Below the pieces are notes generated by a model. That model searched no databases, was not told the origin of the DNA, and saw nothing but the letters and a program-made list of their open reading frames with translations. Of a stretch of DNA of 64,000 bases, positions 25,076 through 38,629 are shown piece after piece (the first letter of the stretch is position 1; each line of letters starts with the position of its first letter). The translations under genes were made by a program, and so were the position numbers. The stretch is from positions 66,030,001-66,094,000 of the forward strand of contig NC_043005.1 in the NCBI RefSeq assembly GCF_006345805.1, written 5' to 3'. Origin of the DNA: Octopus sinensis. Its lineage: Eukaryota.

Positions 25076-25120
<45 letters not shown>

Positions 25121-25652
25121 GCCCACGGACATATGGCGTAGTGGTTAAGAATTCGATTCCAAGCAGTGACCTGAACAATAATATATATATAATAGTTTAG
25201 AAGCACCATTGTATGTATGCATGTATGTATGTATACGCATGTATGTGTATTGTGTGTGTGTGTGTGTGTACTTACACGTGAACATGCATATGTGAGGGAG
25301 AGAGAGAAGTTAATTTCTTGTAAGCTTCGACTCTAGTTCCTTAAAGCTGATTGAACTAAGAAAGATAACTTCTTCAAGAGTTATTTCCCTCATATAAGTT
25401 TTATTTAGAATAAAGTATTCTTTACAGAACGAACGTTATTTATATACCTTGACTTCACCCCCCACCTATGTTTGCCTTCTTTGTTATATGCATACATACG
25501 TGCATCTCCAAACTTTCGTATGCATACGTGCATGTATGCATGCATACATACGCACGAATTTACACATAAACAGAGACTTGGAAGAGAAATACAATACTAG
25601 CAGAGGTACAGTACTGCATGGGTACGCATTTCTCAGGCTATAGAATGCATAC

Positions 25653-25889
25653 GATAGAAGGCGGCGAGCTGGCAGAATCGTTAGCACGTCGGACGAAATG
25701 CGTAGCCGTATTTCGTCTGCCGTTACGTTCTGGGTTCAAATTCCGCTAGGTCGACTTTGCTTTTCATCCTTTCGGGGTCGATAAATTAAGTACCAGTCAC
25801 TCACTGGGGTCGATGTAATCGACTTAATCCCTTTGTCTGTCCTTGTTTGTCCTCTCTGTGTTTAGCCCCTTGTGGGTAGTAAAGAAATA
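25653..25889 (+). mobile_element. Young SINE family A monomer with 14-bp target-site duplication
   Basis: TATAGAATGCATAC at 25639-25652 and 25890-25903; CpGs intact. Confidence 0.95.
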
Positions 25890-26282
25890 TATAGAATGCA
25901 TACAACATTAACAGGAATAGTAGCCGCTTCTAGATTTGCGATATGTACATCATATCTCACTTAGAAAGTTATGCCTTTGCTAGTCAGGAACAGGAGGTAG
26001 CTACTAATTATGTAGTCAATAAAAGAGATAAGGATGCCTCTAGACCATGTTGTGATTGAAAATATCGATTCTGCTATACCAGTGAGGAAGATACTTATTT
26101 CATCAGTAGCTGTCCAAAACTATACGCAAAACACTATCTTCCCTGAGATATGAGATTGTTGCAGAAACCGTCTACAATGCTATATGCAAGAATAATCGTC
26201 TTGACGGCCATATCAAAAGCACACTAGAACCAAAATAAAGAATAAATAGCGACTGGATGTAAGCACAATAAACCTGATAGTA

Positions 26283-26324
<42 letters not shown>

Positions 26325-26936
26325 TGAAATTATTGTATACAGTGTTCAGGTGCACCACAACTTGTCATCTGAGCACTGTATTAGTGCATAGTGTTGTAGG
26401 GGACAGGGAGAAAACATCATGCAGTGTTGTAGAGATTGGCTGTTTGTGGATGTCAGAAGTTGCGGAAAAGGAGAATACCAATGTGGAACTAATGAGAAAT
26501 TTATAGCTTCTATAGCCGAGCTATAGGTTTTCGTTTGTACCTATTAGTTTTGGTGTATTGAGCTACGCAAAATCAGATCTGCATTAAAAAAAAAAAAACA
26601 CTAGAAATGCTGAGGTTATTCAAGAAAGAAAAGAGCAAACTGACTCGAATTTTAATACGGTCCATTAGGAAAAAAAATGTTCAAACCATTTTGGGGATTC
26701 TCTTGGGTTGATCGTATGCTTACAATCACATATACACATGGAATATACCCAAACACACCCATATATGCACAGACACCAACCAATTCCGATAACCAGAAAC
26801 TTCCCGGAGCCGTCTTCAACAAAAGAGCTTTGTCACTTTGTTAGCGACCGGTTTGAATTCTGCAAAGGAAAATTAATAAAATTAATAAATCACACAGACT
26901 CCCTCTCTCACATGCACTCACACATTATAACACACG

Positions 26937-27004
<68 letters not shown>

Positions 27005-27275
27005 CTCTTTCTTTACTAGTTTCAGTCATTTGACTGCGGCCATGCTGGAACACCGCCTTTAGTCGAGCAAATCGACCCCGGGACTTATTCTTTGTAAGCC
27101 CAGTACTTATTCTATCGGTCTCTTTTGCCGAACCCCTAAGTGACGGGGACGTAAACACACCAGCAATGCTAGGGAGACAAACACAGACACACATACACAC
27201 ATATATACATATATACGACAGGCTTCTTTCAGTTTCCGTCTACCAAATCCACTCACAAGGCATTGGTCGGCCCGG

Positions 27276-27277
<2 letters not shown>
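27005..27277 (-). mobile_element. SINE family B 3' part
   Basis: Matches the 3' half of 54305-54725. Confidence 0.9.
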
Positions 27278-27334
<57 letters not shown>

Positions 27335-28100
27335 TGTGGCTTCATGCAGGCGTAGCGTGGATTCGATCCTCGATAGCCAAATTTCACTTAACAGTTCAAC
27401 AACACTTTTCTCACGGTAAAACAATAGTTTTTCTGTAAATGACAGCAGTTACAGAGCCAGATGCCTTCGCTAAGCAGAATAACATCTTTGCCACTTCTAA
27501 CCTCTTCTAGGCCACCAAAAGCTAGAATAGAGATAACAGACCGCCATCGAAATCTATTATTCTCAACAATATGTCTATCCTTCTGGCTGGTTTTGGATAG
27601 TTATAAAAACAAGAACTCCATAAGCCGAAGTCAGTTAGTGAGAACCAAGTCTGGCTGACCGGCTGAACAAAACACCGTCCTTGAAGGAAAATGTACAAAG
27701 TGACAACTATGATAACTCACCAACGAAGCAGTTGTTTCGTTCCACCGTTCTCACTTTTTCTAATTCACTTTCTTTTCTTTGTAACATTACCATATGTCTC
27801 TATATATACTACTATGAGATCGTGTACACACATATGCAGGCCGAAATTAATTTTCTTTACCTTGCGTGCTTTACGGACTGTGTTATATTATTACACTAGC
27901 CTACCCGTCGTGGTATGGCATATATCAAAGTAACGGTAAATAAATATTTTTTTACAACTTCAATCACTGTTCTTCGTTCATCTTTCACATCTCGCAACAT
28001 GCCGTTCCAATAACAACAATCATTACAATTGGTAACCCTGGACTGCAACGAATACTATTTCCGTTACACACACACACAACACACACACAACACACACACA

Positions 28101-28130
<30 letters not shown>

Positions 28131-28133
<3 letters not shown>

Positions 28134-28772
28134 GGGTATGATCAATAAGTATACGGACTGTTGTTATAGTAACGAAGCTAAAGCACGCAGAGTAAAACCG
28201 CTTGGTACAGATTGACTATGAACTCAGTTGTACATGCACACTAAATTTTAACGTTCTAGCTCACTTCTGCTGCTTATTGTAGTGCTCGGAAGGAAGGTGT
28301 GTAGCGTATGATCGTCGCATTGATCATGCTAGAGTAAGTTGAGCAGAGAATCTGGATCAAATTTTGTCAAAAGCTTGGCCATACCTGCTTAGAGGCCTAC
28401 GCAAAGTTTTCATCGTTCTCGACACAATCAAGGAGATCTTGTGCAATTGAAATCCGAGTGTCATTTTGGTGAGCTGAAAGCAGTTTTAGCACAAACTTGG
28501 CAGACACGCGTCTCGTACCCAAATCTTCAGTGATAATGGGCTGAACTGAACTGTAACTAATCTACCCATCCTCTAATAACTCACGAATGGTGATTCGATG
28601 TTTTCCCCTCATAGCTGCACGTACATCTGCGATGTTTTTCTCAGTTCTGCTGGTTGTGGGCCTCCCAGAACGTTCGTCAATATCGACATTTTTTCGGCCA
28701 TCTTGGAAACGTCTGAACCATTCGTTCACTTCTGTGCGGCTCATACACCCCTCTCCATACACTTTCTGCAAC
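28131..28772. mobile_element. Truncated mariner transposon with an internal inversion
   Basis: The + strand has the 5' end and EQRIWIKFCQKLGHTCLEAYAK. The - strand 28772-28403 has LQKVYGEG...DERSGRPTTS...RRVSAKFV...LDCVENDENF. Confidence 0.88.
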
Positions 28773-28854
28773 ATAAATGTTACGCCCACGAAACCTTGGG
28801 TAGCTGTAATTAACAAGACTTGTAGTTTTTATTATAACATCATATATATATAGT

Positions 28855-29035
28855 TGAAATTTACAGAAAAAGAAAAGACGAAGATAAGGTGTGTAAACAA
28901 CAAGCAGGTGTATTAGTTTGACGCTCGGGAAGGTGAGAAAGTCTTTTACGTTTCGAGCCTACGCTCTTCAACAGAAAGGAACACAAGGAAATAAATAGAG
29001 AATAAAAAACTTTTGGAGTTAGCGGTCTATCATGA
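28855..29035 (-). mobile_element. Short hammerhead-bearing repeat (family H1) between (TA)n and (CA)n
   Basis: Homologous to 14400-14592. Confidence 0.7.
28942..28979 (-). ncRNA. Minimal hammerhead-like motif (H1 copy 2)
   Basis: Minus strand reads CCTTT-CTGTTGA-A-GAGC-GTAG-GCTC-GAAAC-GTA-AAAGA. Perfect stem II; U at core position 6. Confidence 0.6.
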
Positions 29036-29545
29036 AAGACACACACACATACACGCGCGCGCGCACTCATATATACATTCATACATGCATATATACATAC
29101 ATACATACGTAATGCATACATACGTAATGCATACACGCATACACGCGCGCGCGCGCGCACACACACACACACACACATATGGAAAGGTAAAATATTGATT
29201 TTAATTAATGACAAATCCTCAGTTGATTATTTATGTTTGACATGAGAAGCACCCATTTTCTAGGTACATAGATGCAAATTGCATACAAGCATGCATGCAT
29301 ACGAACAGATGTACACACATCTGTATGTAAGAAGACAGAAAAAAAAAGAGAAAGAGAAAGTGATATATACTTATAAATATACATATGTAAATGCATGTAT
29401 CGGAATCTTACTGTACATTGATAAAATCATATGTTTATATACATCCATACATATATATGCGTACACACACACACACACACGCGCGCTCAGGCACGCACCC
29501 GCACACACATATGGTCTATACAAGCATATATATATATATATATAT

Positions 29546-30697
29546 ATAAGCAGAAAATGAAGAAAAATTTTGATCAACAAACAAACAAATTGACTAACAT
29601 CGGTTAATTATTTTTAAATACAAACATAACATAACATTACATAACACTTCTTACGGCCGTTTCAGCTGTCGATGTCAGTCGGTGCTTACAAAGAAAATTC
29701 TGAAAATAATATTGGCCATCTTTATAGCTCATTCGATCTAGTACATGGAGCTTCATCAGAGTTAATACAAATGCGCAAAATAAATGAAAGGAAGAGGAGA
29801 AAGGAACGTACAGGGCCTCGAAAAGAAGCCAGAAGGCTCAATATATTAGAATCATACCATTTTACAGTGTGAAGCTTGATGTCGATAGGTAAAAGAGTGA
29901 ACTAGCAAATAAGCTGGAGAAATAATTTATTGGCTGTCCCTTTATTTAGGGGTACCAGGGTGTATACATAGTAGTATGATAAAACTAGCGCTCAAATCAA
30001 ACATGAATCGCCAATATGTATAGAAAACGAATAGTACTTATGATTCTGTAAATAGAGCTAATTAATATTTATCCAAAACCAAACCCGTGGAGTTTTTATA
30101 ATGGTGTATTTACTGCAATATTCTAGAGACCAAACACCCGTTGTCCGTCATGGAATTGACAAAGTCCTGCCATCTCTACAATTGATCAGTTATATTTAAA
30201 CCAAGGGCAAGTTAAAACCGTTATAGGGGTAGACGTAAATAAGGAAGAAAAAATGAACCAGTAATAAAAAATGTGTGGGGGAGAAGACTATGTCATAAGT
30301 GGCACGAGGCCGCTTATGCCATTCTACACCATCTCAACATAACATAAAATAAAAATAAAATGAAAAATATAAATAAGATACGTACTAGCAACCAATACGG
30401 CTATCAGATTTTTTTTACAGTTAAGGAGAAACTACTGCTAGGAAGGTGAATGCTAGTGGGAATTACCCTCGAAATATAATGCAAAATCTGCCATCTTATA
30501 TAGCCAGTATACGTCCAAGTGGTAGTAATACTAGACAAACAAGTGAATGTCTTCACGTTCCTGACATATTATTTTCGAAATTTTCTCTGTAAGGCCCGAT
30601 TGACATCGGCAGCTGAAACGGCCGTAAGAAATGGTAGATAATGTAAAGTTATGTTTGTATTATTAATCAAAAGTTTTTACCATTTTCTGCTTATTTA
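29546..30697. repeat. Inverted repeat pair (~29546-29712 and ~30567-30697) around ~850 nt of unassigned DNA
   Basis: TTCTTACGGCCGTTTCAGCTGTCGATGTCAGTCGG (29648) versus CCGATTGACATCGGCAGCTGAAACGGCCGTAAGAA (30596). Confidence 0.85.
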
Positions 30698-30859
30698 AAT
30701 TTGATTCCTGATAAACTTTTGTTTATCTATTTTTTTACCTGTGCCCTATGAGCATAGTGTACTTGCATACCCATGCCCAAGGATAGCATAGGTAAATGAT
30801 ACCGGTAGTAAGAACGGATATTCTTATCCACTAAACGGTTATTTCAACCGCTAACTCTG

Positions 30860-31560
30860 CTTACCTGCACTCCCCTTGATCTGTCTCTTTCTCTCTCTTT
30901 CTTCTCCTCCCTTGTTCCCCTTCTTTCTTTCTCTCTTTATCTGTCCCTCTTCTACATTTCTCTGTCTCTCACACCTTACACTCCACTTGATCTGTCTCTT
31001 TCCCTCTCTTTCTTCTCCCTTGTTCCTTGCTCCCCTTCTTTTTCTCTTCACCTGTCCCTTTCTCCTCTCTTTTGTCCTCACGTGACCAGCCACCGACTAC
31101 TGTCTTTTCGCATCCAGCAGTCATTGTGGCAAGACACATTTGTTTGTTCTCTGTGGCCTTAAGGTACTCTTCTATAGCCAGCTCAAAACTTAACTCGTCC
31201 TGTCGAAAAGACGCTTGTCCTGACGTCCTGGTTTTGTTGTTATCCTTACCATTATTGTTTTTACGTATTTTGTATTCTTATTCGTGCTATCATTATTGTT
31301 TTTACGTATTTTTGTATTTTTATTCGTGTAACATCGTCCGTTTTCCGTCCCTGTGTTGTATACATTCGAGGCTTTCTTCCAAGGAATCTAATGCGCTTGG
31401 CTTAGATTTCCCTTGGGGGCTGCCCAGATCGGAGCAATCTCAAGATTAATCAGCCGAAATTGCGAAGATGATCCGGTTCTTGACTGATGATTGAGGGCTT
31501 CGAATGCCCCGTCCGTGTTTTTTGTGTCGTCTTCTAAATGTTTCACGTTCTTGTCCCAGT
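30860..31560 (+). mobile_element. Unclassified dispersed-repeat fragment with an internal CT-rich duplication (possibly Penelope-like 3' region)
   Basis: CTTGATCTGTCTCTTT repeated about 110 nt apart; CTGATGA half-core near 31485. No coding signature. Confidence 0.3.
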
Positions 31561-31568
31561 TTGTATAT

Positions 31569-31638
<70 letters not shown>

Positions 31639-32252
31639 GATGTGTGAAGTTAGAAGTAGCGAGAAAAATATTGTATGATAAAATTTATTTAACCATCGGA
31701 CATTTTTATTCAACGACAATTGCTTCGTACCTAAATAAAAAGTATAGATAATTTATGTTATTATATTTTATAAAAATAAATTACTTACATGTCTGCATTA
31801 ATATAAACAATATTTAAGTTAATGTGTATATTAAGCTAGCTCTTCGGGTTAAAAAATAATCCTTCGACATAATGTTTCAAGAACGCAAAGTCAATATTAA
31901 AAAAAAAAAACCCTTAGAAAATATGGAAGACAATAAAAATGAAATTAATAGAAATTAATGAAACAGATTTCTAAAGAAAGGAAGGGAAATTTAGTAAGAT
32001 ATTAAAAAGTAACTAGTATAAGAAAACGAAAATGATTTATTTATCATTAATAACCTAGAAAATAAAAGATCGTAAAGAAAGAGAAAAAATAATAAAGTGA
32101 AACTAAATAAAATTTGTTAGAGACTATTAAAGAAATTGAGAAAATTTAAAGTTCTTTTTAAAGAATATTTACTTATAACTTTGGACTTCTAATTTTAATT
32201 TAATGTTCATATTTCTCTTGTTGATATCAACCCCTATATTTGTACGTTTATA

Positions 32253-32331
<79 letters not shown>

Positions 32332-32361
32332 GTATATATATATGTATATACATATATATAT

Positions 32362-33322
32362 TTTTATAACCCTAGAAACAGCGAGGCATACAACAGTATT
32401 GTGCAAAATCTCCCTTTACTAACTAGAGATCCAAAAGTGAACAACAGCCTAAAAATGCATAAACTCATCAAAACGCAAAAAGCAACACAAATCGCTAACA
32501 AAACAACCACGAAACCAAAGGTTAAAAAATGCGGACGCCGAAACTGTGGAACATGCTCCAACCTACTTGAAGGCTCGGATTTCCTTTTCAAACAAGGAGA
32601 GAGGTTCACAATTAAAACCAGTTTCACTCGTACCTCTGAGAACCTAATTTATGTAATAATCTGCTCGGGTTGTGGACAACACTATATTGGACAGACGTGT
32701 ATGACTTTGAGACGGAGAACCACTCTACATAAAGAGCAAATCCGGTTCCCGCAATACAGACAAATTCCTCTAAGTGAACACAAAGAAATTTGCAGGTAAC
32801 ATCAAACCAAATTTCACAGCCTTCCCCTTCTACCAGTGCAAAGATACAATTTCTCTACAAGAATGTCTAGATAAAGGAACTTTTTCATCGAAAAATACAG
32901 AACGCATCTAAATATACACGCACAACCAACTTTGATCACTTTACATATCTTAATTCACGATTACATCACTATAAATACATATCCCCACTAGACTAGCTTT
33001 CGAATTTTTGTGTATATATATATATTATATATATATTATATATATATATATATAATATATCCCCCCCCCCACAGAAAGCTGAACAGTGATATCCCCTGCC
33101 CACAATAATAACAATAATAACGATAACCACTTACCTCCCCTTAGTTTTTTTACTGTTTGTATCATTTCAAAAATATCACGCACAACATGGACTCAAAAAT
33201 TTCTTCTTACGAAAATACGCATTTAAATAATAAAATCTTAATGTCATGAATAGCGAAAGCGAAACCGGCCGATATATTAAAAATTATATTAAAACTATGT
33301 AAAGTGTGTGCATTTTCCTTCA
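32362..33322 (+). mobile_element. 5'-truncated Penelope-like element: linker, GIY-YIG endonuclease relic and 3' repeat
   Basis: KCGRRNCGTC...NLIYVIICSGCGQHYIGQT..TLRRRTTLH (GIY-YIG with Cys motifs), a frameshift, then NFFIEKYRTHLN. Flanked by (TA)n. Confidence 0.88.
33241..33275 (+). ncRNA. Degenerate hammerhead motif in the 3' repeat of the Penelope-like element
   Basis: ATGTC-ATGAATA-GC-GAAA-GC-GAAACCGGCC-GATAT. Stem I pairs; core and cleavage triplet are mutated. Confidence 0.45.
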
Positions 33323-33329
33323 TAAATTT

Positions 33330-33378
<49 letters not shown>

Positions 33379-34034
33379 TATAAGAAAATTTGTTATTGAA
33401 ACCCTTTAAAAGAATCAACCGACTGGAACGGCTGATCACCGTTCCCTACAGGGAAGTCAACCTGGCAGAACTATAAACTTGACCGCCAGAAAAATAATAC
33501 GTAATCAGTACTTTAACGAATCAAAAACCAGATTCGTTCACGGAAAACAATTGTGAGAACACTGTGGATTCTAAAAAAAAAAAAAAACGCCGTTACAAAC
33601 GAAAATCCCTGCGCACGACGGAAAAGAATCAGGGCAGCTGTAACAAAACCTTTTTTTACTATGTTCATTTCTCCCTTGTTTTTCTCCCTCCTAACTCAGT
33701 ATGACCGAACCTTTGGTGGTCTACATTTCATATCGATCATTTCTAACACTATTGAATTTCTTTTTATATAATTGGATGTTGTGAACATTTAAATCATATT
33801 TGATATTATTGATATTATTATTGAATCTTGTAAACATTGAATCTTTTAAATATGTTTTTCTACTTCGCAATTTAAAATTTTTTTACCATTGATAAACAAA
33901 AAATATTGTTGAAACTAGTTTGGTATATATGTAAATAAATTTATTTAAAAACAGTTACAAGTTTTTTAAAATTCAAGTGCATTTTCAACAATAAATGTTT
34001 CTATATTTTTCCTGCATAGAAGTACACCCCCTCT

Positions 34035-34077
<43 letters not shown>

Positions 34078-34095
34078 GTTTGTATATATGTATAT

Positions 34096-34929
34096 AGGGT
34101 GTGATGAGTAAATTGCTGCCATTTCATATATTCAATTTCGCGCATTGTTTGTTTTTGATTTGCCGACTACTCAGTATAGTAGGGTCAGTTGGGCACTATC
34201 TGTGGGACAAACAGTACCATGATGCAATTGACTCTGACAGAAATTACCAAACGACATGCGGTACTGCTTTGCATTCGCCCCGGAAGCTTCAATAGAGTGT
34301 TTCGGTACATGTTCCGCGAATAACAAAAATCGAACATCCAGTCAACATCATGGTGTTTGGTGTGATGGCAACGTTATGTCTCCGTTCATCTTCCCAAACC
34401 GCCTCAGACTCGACATTGAGGTCTACATCAAATGCTTGGAGAAGGTAGTGTTTCCATGAGTCAAGAGGGTGGCTGCTGGAAGACTTTATGTCTGGCAACA
34501 CGATTCAGCAGCATGCCATGCAAGCAAGAGAACCTAGTCATGGCTGTCAGACAATTTCTGCGACCACATCATCCCTAACATCTGGCCACCTAACTCTCCA
34601 GACTGCAACCCCCTTGATTATTATGTGTGAGGTGCAGTTGAGTGAGAGACCAACAAAATTCCTTGTAACATCAAAAATGAACTGAAGGCAAGCATTATGG
34701 CAGCATTCACCAACTTAAGCGAGGAAACCGCCCAGAAGAGTTGCAGGAGATTCCGAAGTCATCTGCAGGCTGTGGTTGAAGCCAATGACGATTTTATTGA
34801 ATAAATTTACTCTTTAGTATTTCAAGATATTTTTAATGTAACTTTGGTAAATATATCGGTTAAAATGAGATGTCAGTGTTATTTTCATTTTTGTGTAATT
34901 TAGACGACAATTTATTCACCGTACCTCGT
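34096..34929 (+). mobile_element. Internally deleted Tc1/mariner-superfamily element, maT (DD37D) type
   Basis: VWQHD...WPPNSPDCNPLDYY with 37 residues between the last two Asp (counted). Degenerate TIRs at 34096-34120 and 34903-34929; several stops. Confidence 0.88.
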
Positions 34930-35839
34930 GTGTGTGTGTGTGTGTGTTGTGTGTGTGTGTGTGTGTGCATACGTGCTTATATGTTTATATATGTGTTCTC
35001 GTGCATAAGTATACTATGTATATGCAACTATATGTTAAATACATAGCCATTTATCGGTAAGTTATTTACTATACAAACGATGACTAGAATCACAATTTTG
35101 GGAAAAGTGCACCCAAATTCTTGCATTTATGATCTGACACACTGAAGAAGAGTGATGCACATTTGAGAATAAGAACAAAAGAATTATGCAATAATCAGTA
35201 TGGAAAATATCTGTCAAATGTGAATTTTAAAACTTATATATTACTATCTAAATAAAAACAGAAATAAGTTTTATACGCGCATATATGCACACAGGCACAC
35301 ACACGCGCAGATTTTGTAGAATGCTGTAGCCAAAAACACTTTTGGCTATAAGATGCGCTGAAATATATTTAGCAAAACTTTTTTTTTTTTTATTGGAAGC
35401 AGTTTTTCTATTCGAATACTTTAATATGTGACTTTTTTTGTTGTTGTGTTGTATGTATAAAATTACCTTGTGAAACATACATTAATATTTTTACAGCAAA
35501 ACATTTGTTATGAGAAAACATTTTTGTATTTTAACTTATATATGTATGTATATATATATATATAAATATATATATATAAAGGGGTTTGTATGATTGTGTA
35601 TAGAGGGATGTATATATTATTCAAAGGAATTCCAACTCTGTCTGTTTTTTATGTTTTATTTATATTTTTTATAATATTAATGTAGAATATAGAATATATA
35701 GTATAAATATTATATATAGTAAAGTGAAATGAAATATTGATTGTCTTATTGAATAGATGAAATATTGAATACCAAATATTAAGGGGCTAGTATACTTTCT
35801 TGCATTTAAGCAGTCTTCAATGTCCCAGGTTGTGACAGG

Positions 35840-35867
35840 AATGTTTCAACTGTATATATATACATAC

Positions 35868-35920
<53 letters not shown>

Positions 35921-36182
35921 TACATACATAATATATATATAATATATACATACATACATATATATATATATACATACATACATATATATATATACATACA
36001 TACAATATATATACATACATACATACATATATACATACATACATACATACATATATATATATACATACATACATACATATATGTATATACATACACATAC
36101 ACAGACATATATACATACACAGACATATATATATATACATACAAATACACAGAAATATATATATATATACATACACATACAC
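35840..36182. repeat. Compound (TA)n/(TACA)n microsatellite
   Basis: Seen directly in the sequence. Confidence 0.95.
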
Positions 36183-38629
36183 ATAAAATGGAATCAGATG
36201 TTTTCTGATTCCACATTCTGTGTTTCGCTAGTTGTTGGTCTCGTCGAAATGCAAAGTGCATTAATTTGGATTTCAATTAATGAAGGATATAATAAGTGGA
36301 ATCATTGACGCCACTAGAAGAGTTTCAGAACCATTTAAACCTAAATATCATTGAAAAATGTTGGGAGATGAAATTCTAGCGCCGTGTTACATGGCGGCCA
36401 GAGAGTGTGTGTAACTAACAGCGACTACTGTTTGTACAACTCTTCAGAATACCGAATGTCAACTTCGTATATTTCCGGAATTCGAATACTGAGCTGTGTT
36501 AATGCTATTACAATGTTGCATTTGAATGGATCAATCACTAAATCATTCCGCTTTGCAAGATCAGTTTGGATAAAAATTTCAACGCTTCCACTGGCAGCTA
36601 AAGCCTGCATTGATGGATTGATTGTTAATCACATATTAATGAATGAAGGAGATAAAGGATGAGCCAATAACACTCGCACCTAATAAAAAAGCCCCCTCCC
36701 CCCAAAAAAAACTAAAGAAATTAGCGTTGTAATTGGTTTGTGATTTGGTTTATAATTATCATGGCGTCCTGTTGATGTATCGCGTGATTTGCACGTCAGA
36801 CAAAAATGGCATTTTTCTTCACATTTGTGACATGGCATTTCTTACTGTATATTTTTCTGCGGTCATATTTACACACCCCTCTACCCATTACCACAAAGCA
36901 CTTTTAAAAAACAGCTGCTGAAACAGCTTCCTCTTCAGTGACTTTCATCGGAACAGTTGAACATTTTTACGAAAGTATCGTATTATCTAGAACTAAGCCA
37001 ATTGACACTGGTGTTTTCCAGTCGAGCAGAGATACTCGTCTTGTAAACAATCATTTTCACAAACAAATAAACTCATTATCAAGTTTTGCAAATACAGTTC
37101 AGACTACACACTCTTGAAATGGCAGAAACTTTGAGACTTGAGGAAATGACCTTAGAGATTAAGCTGGCTGTTGTTTGTGAGTTATGAAAAGATGAATCAC
37201 AAAAGTGTTATTGCTAGATGAATGCGATTATGTTTTAAGAAATTTATCGCTTCTTCGAAATTATTTCAGGAATATTATCAGTATACTAAAATTTTTAGCA
37301 GCGCCGAGACTGTTTTAAACCAGATGCTTCTCTCTTTGTTTATAAAAAAGAGAGATGGACCTGGCTAGCTTCAGTGTTTATTTTCTTCATGTGAGAAAAA
37401 AATTTCTCATTTTCTGATCGCAAATATTTTAGTTTACACAAACTCAAACAGAACTAAATAAGTTTGTTCTAACTTGTATAGAAAAGTGCAAGCATTGGCA
37501 ACGTGTATTATTGATTAATAGAAGCACTACAAAGTGTGCTTCTATTAAATAATTCTACAAGTATAAACAAAAGATGAATCGTACAACCATTGTCTGGCTC
37601 GAGGCCTTTATAAGACCGGGACCAACCAATTTTGAGCGAATTTGGCAGAAATTGCACGGTAAGCCACCTTGCGTCCCTGTAAGTATAATCATAGATCTTT
37701 CATGAAACAGAAAAATTGTAATGTTACGACTTTGACCAGCTACATATAGCGATTAAAAGAAGATTCAAAGCCTTTAATATCAGCTATAAGTTGCTGGAAC
37801 AATCTAGTATCTTGATAGAGGTAGGAAATGTAAATTCTACTCGACGGAGAAGAGGGTCGTTCTAAAAATTTACTCAATCCAGGTGCTTTCATAAACTCAA
37901 AAAGCAAGGTTTTCGGATGCTGCCGCGATGAGCGAAAACTCGTTTTGGTGATGTCGTCTTCTCCAATTTTGAACTAGAAAACGATTCACACACAGTTTAC
38001 ACTCTTCCCCCACGGTTAACACAAACCTATAGGAAATTGCCCTTCTTTTCTTCCCCCAAATATTTAAAACTAATTTTTGTTTCACCCTTGGTCTATGTAC
38101 CTCCAGTATAAAAATATACAACACGCTTCTGGTCAGCAGAGCTAAAGAGTCGTCATTATTGAATAATGGCAATATTCGACGCGAAACCAATGGTAACATC
38201 CTGACCAATGGTAATATGCCATAACCAGTAATATATTGCTTGATAACATAGAAATATTCCAACTCTATTACTTATATTGAGTGTGCTTTAATTTATGATT
38301 TGACAGCAAACTACTACTACTACTACTACTACTATTACTACTACTACTACTAAGCGTTTTCTACAATAGCCCTGAGTCGGCCATTGCTTTAGGACTGAAT
38401 TTGCTAGAAGCTAGTCACACGCACACACGCGCGCGCGTTTCTTTGCCCCCCCCTCCGTCCTCCACCGCTTGACAGCGGATGTTGACATGTTTAAGCTTCT
38501 CATTATCTAGCGGTAGAATAAATACCAGACTTAAAATATAAAGTACTGGAGTTGATTTATTCGACTAACCTTACAGAGTGGTGCTCCAGCATTGTCGCAA
38601 TTCACTAACTGAAATAATGAAAATAATTT

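Noticed and set aside
32362-32915. Selenocysteine-type (in-frame UGA) PLE endonuclease
   Set aside because: The Cys positions are ordinary TGC/TGT codons, and the ORF ends at TAA because of a frameshift.
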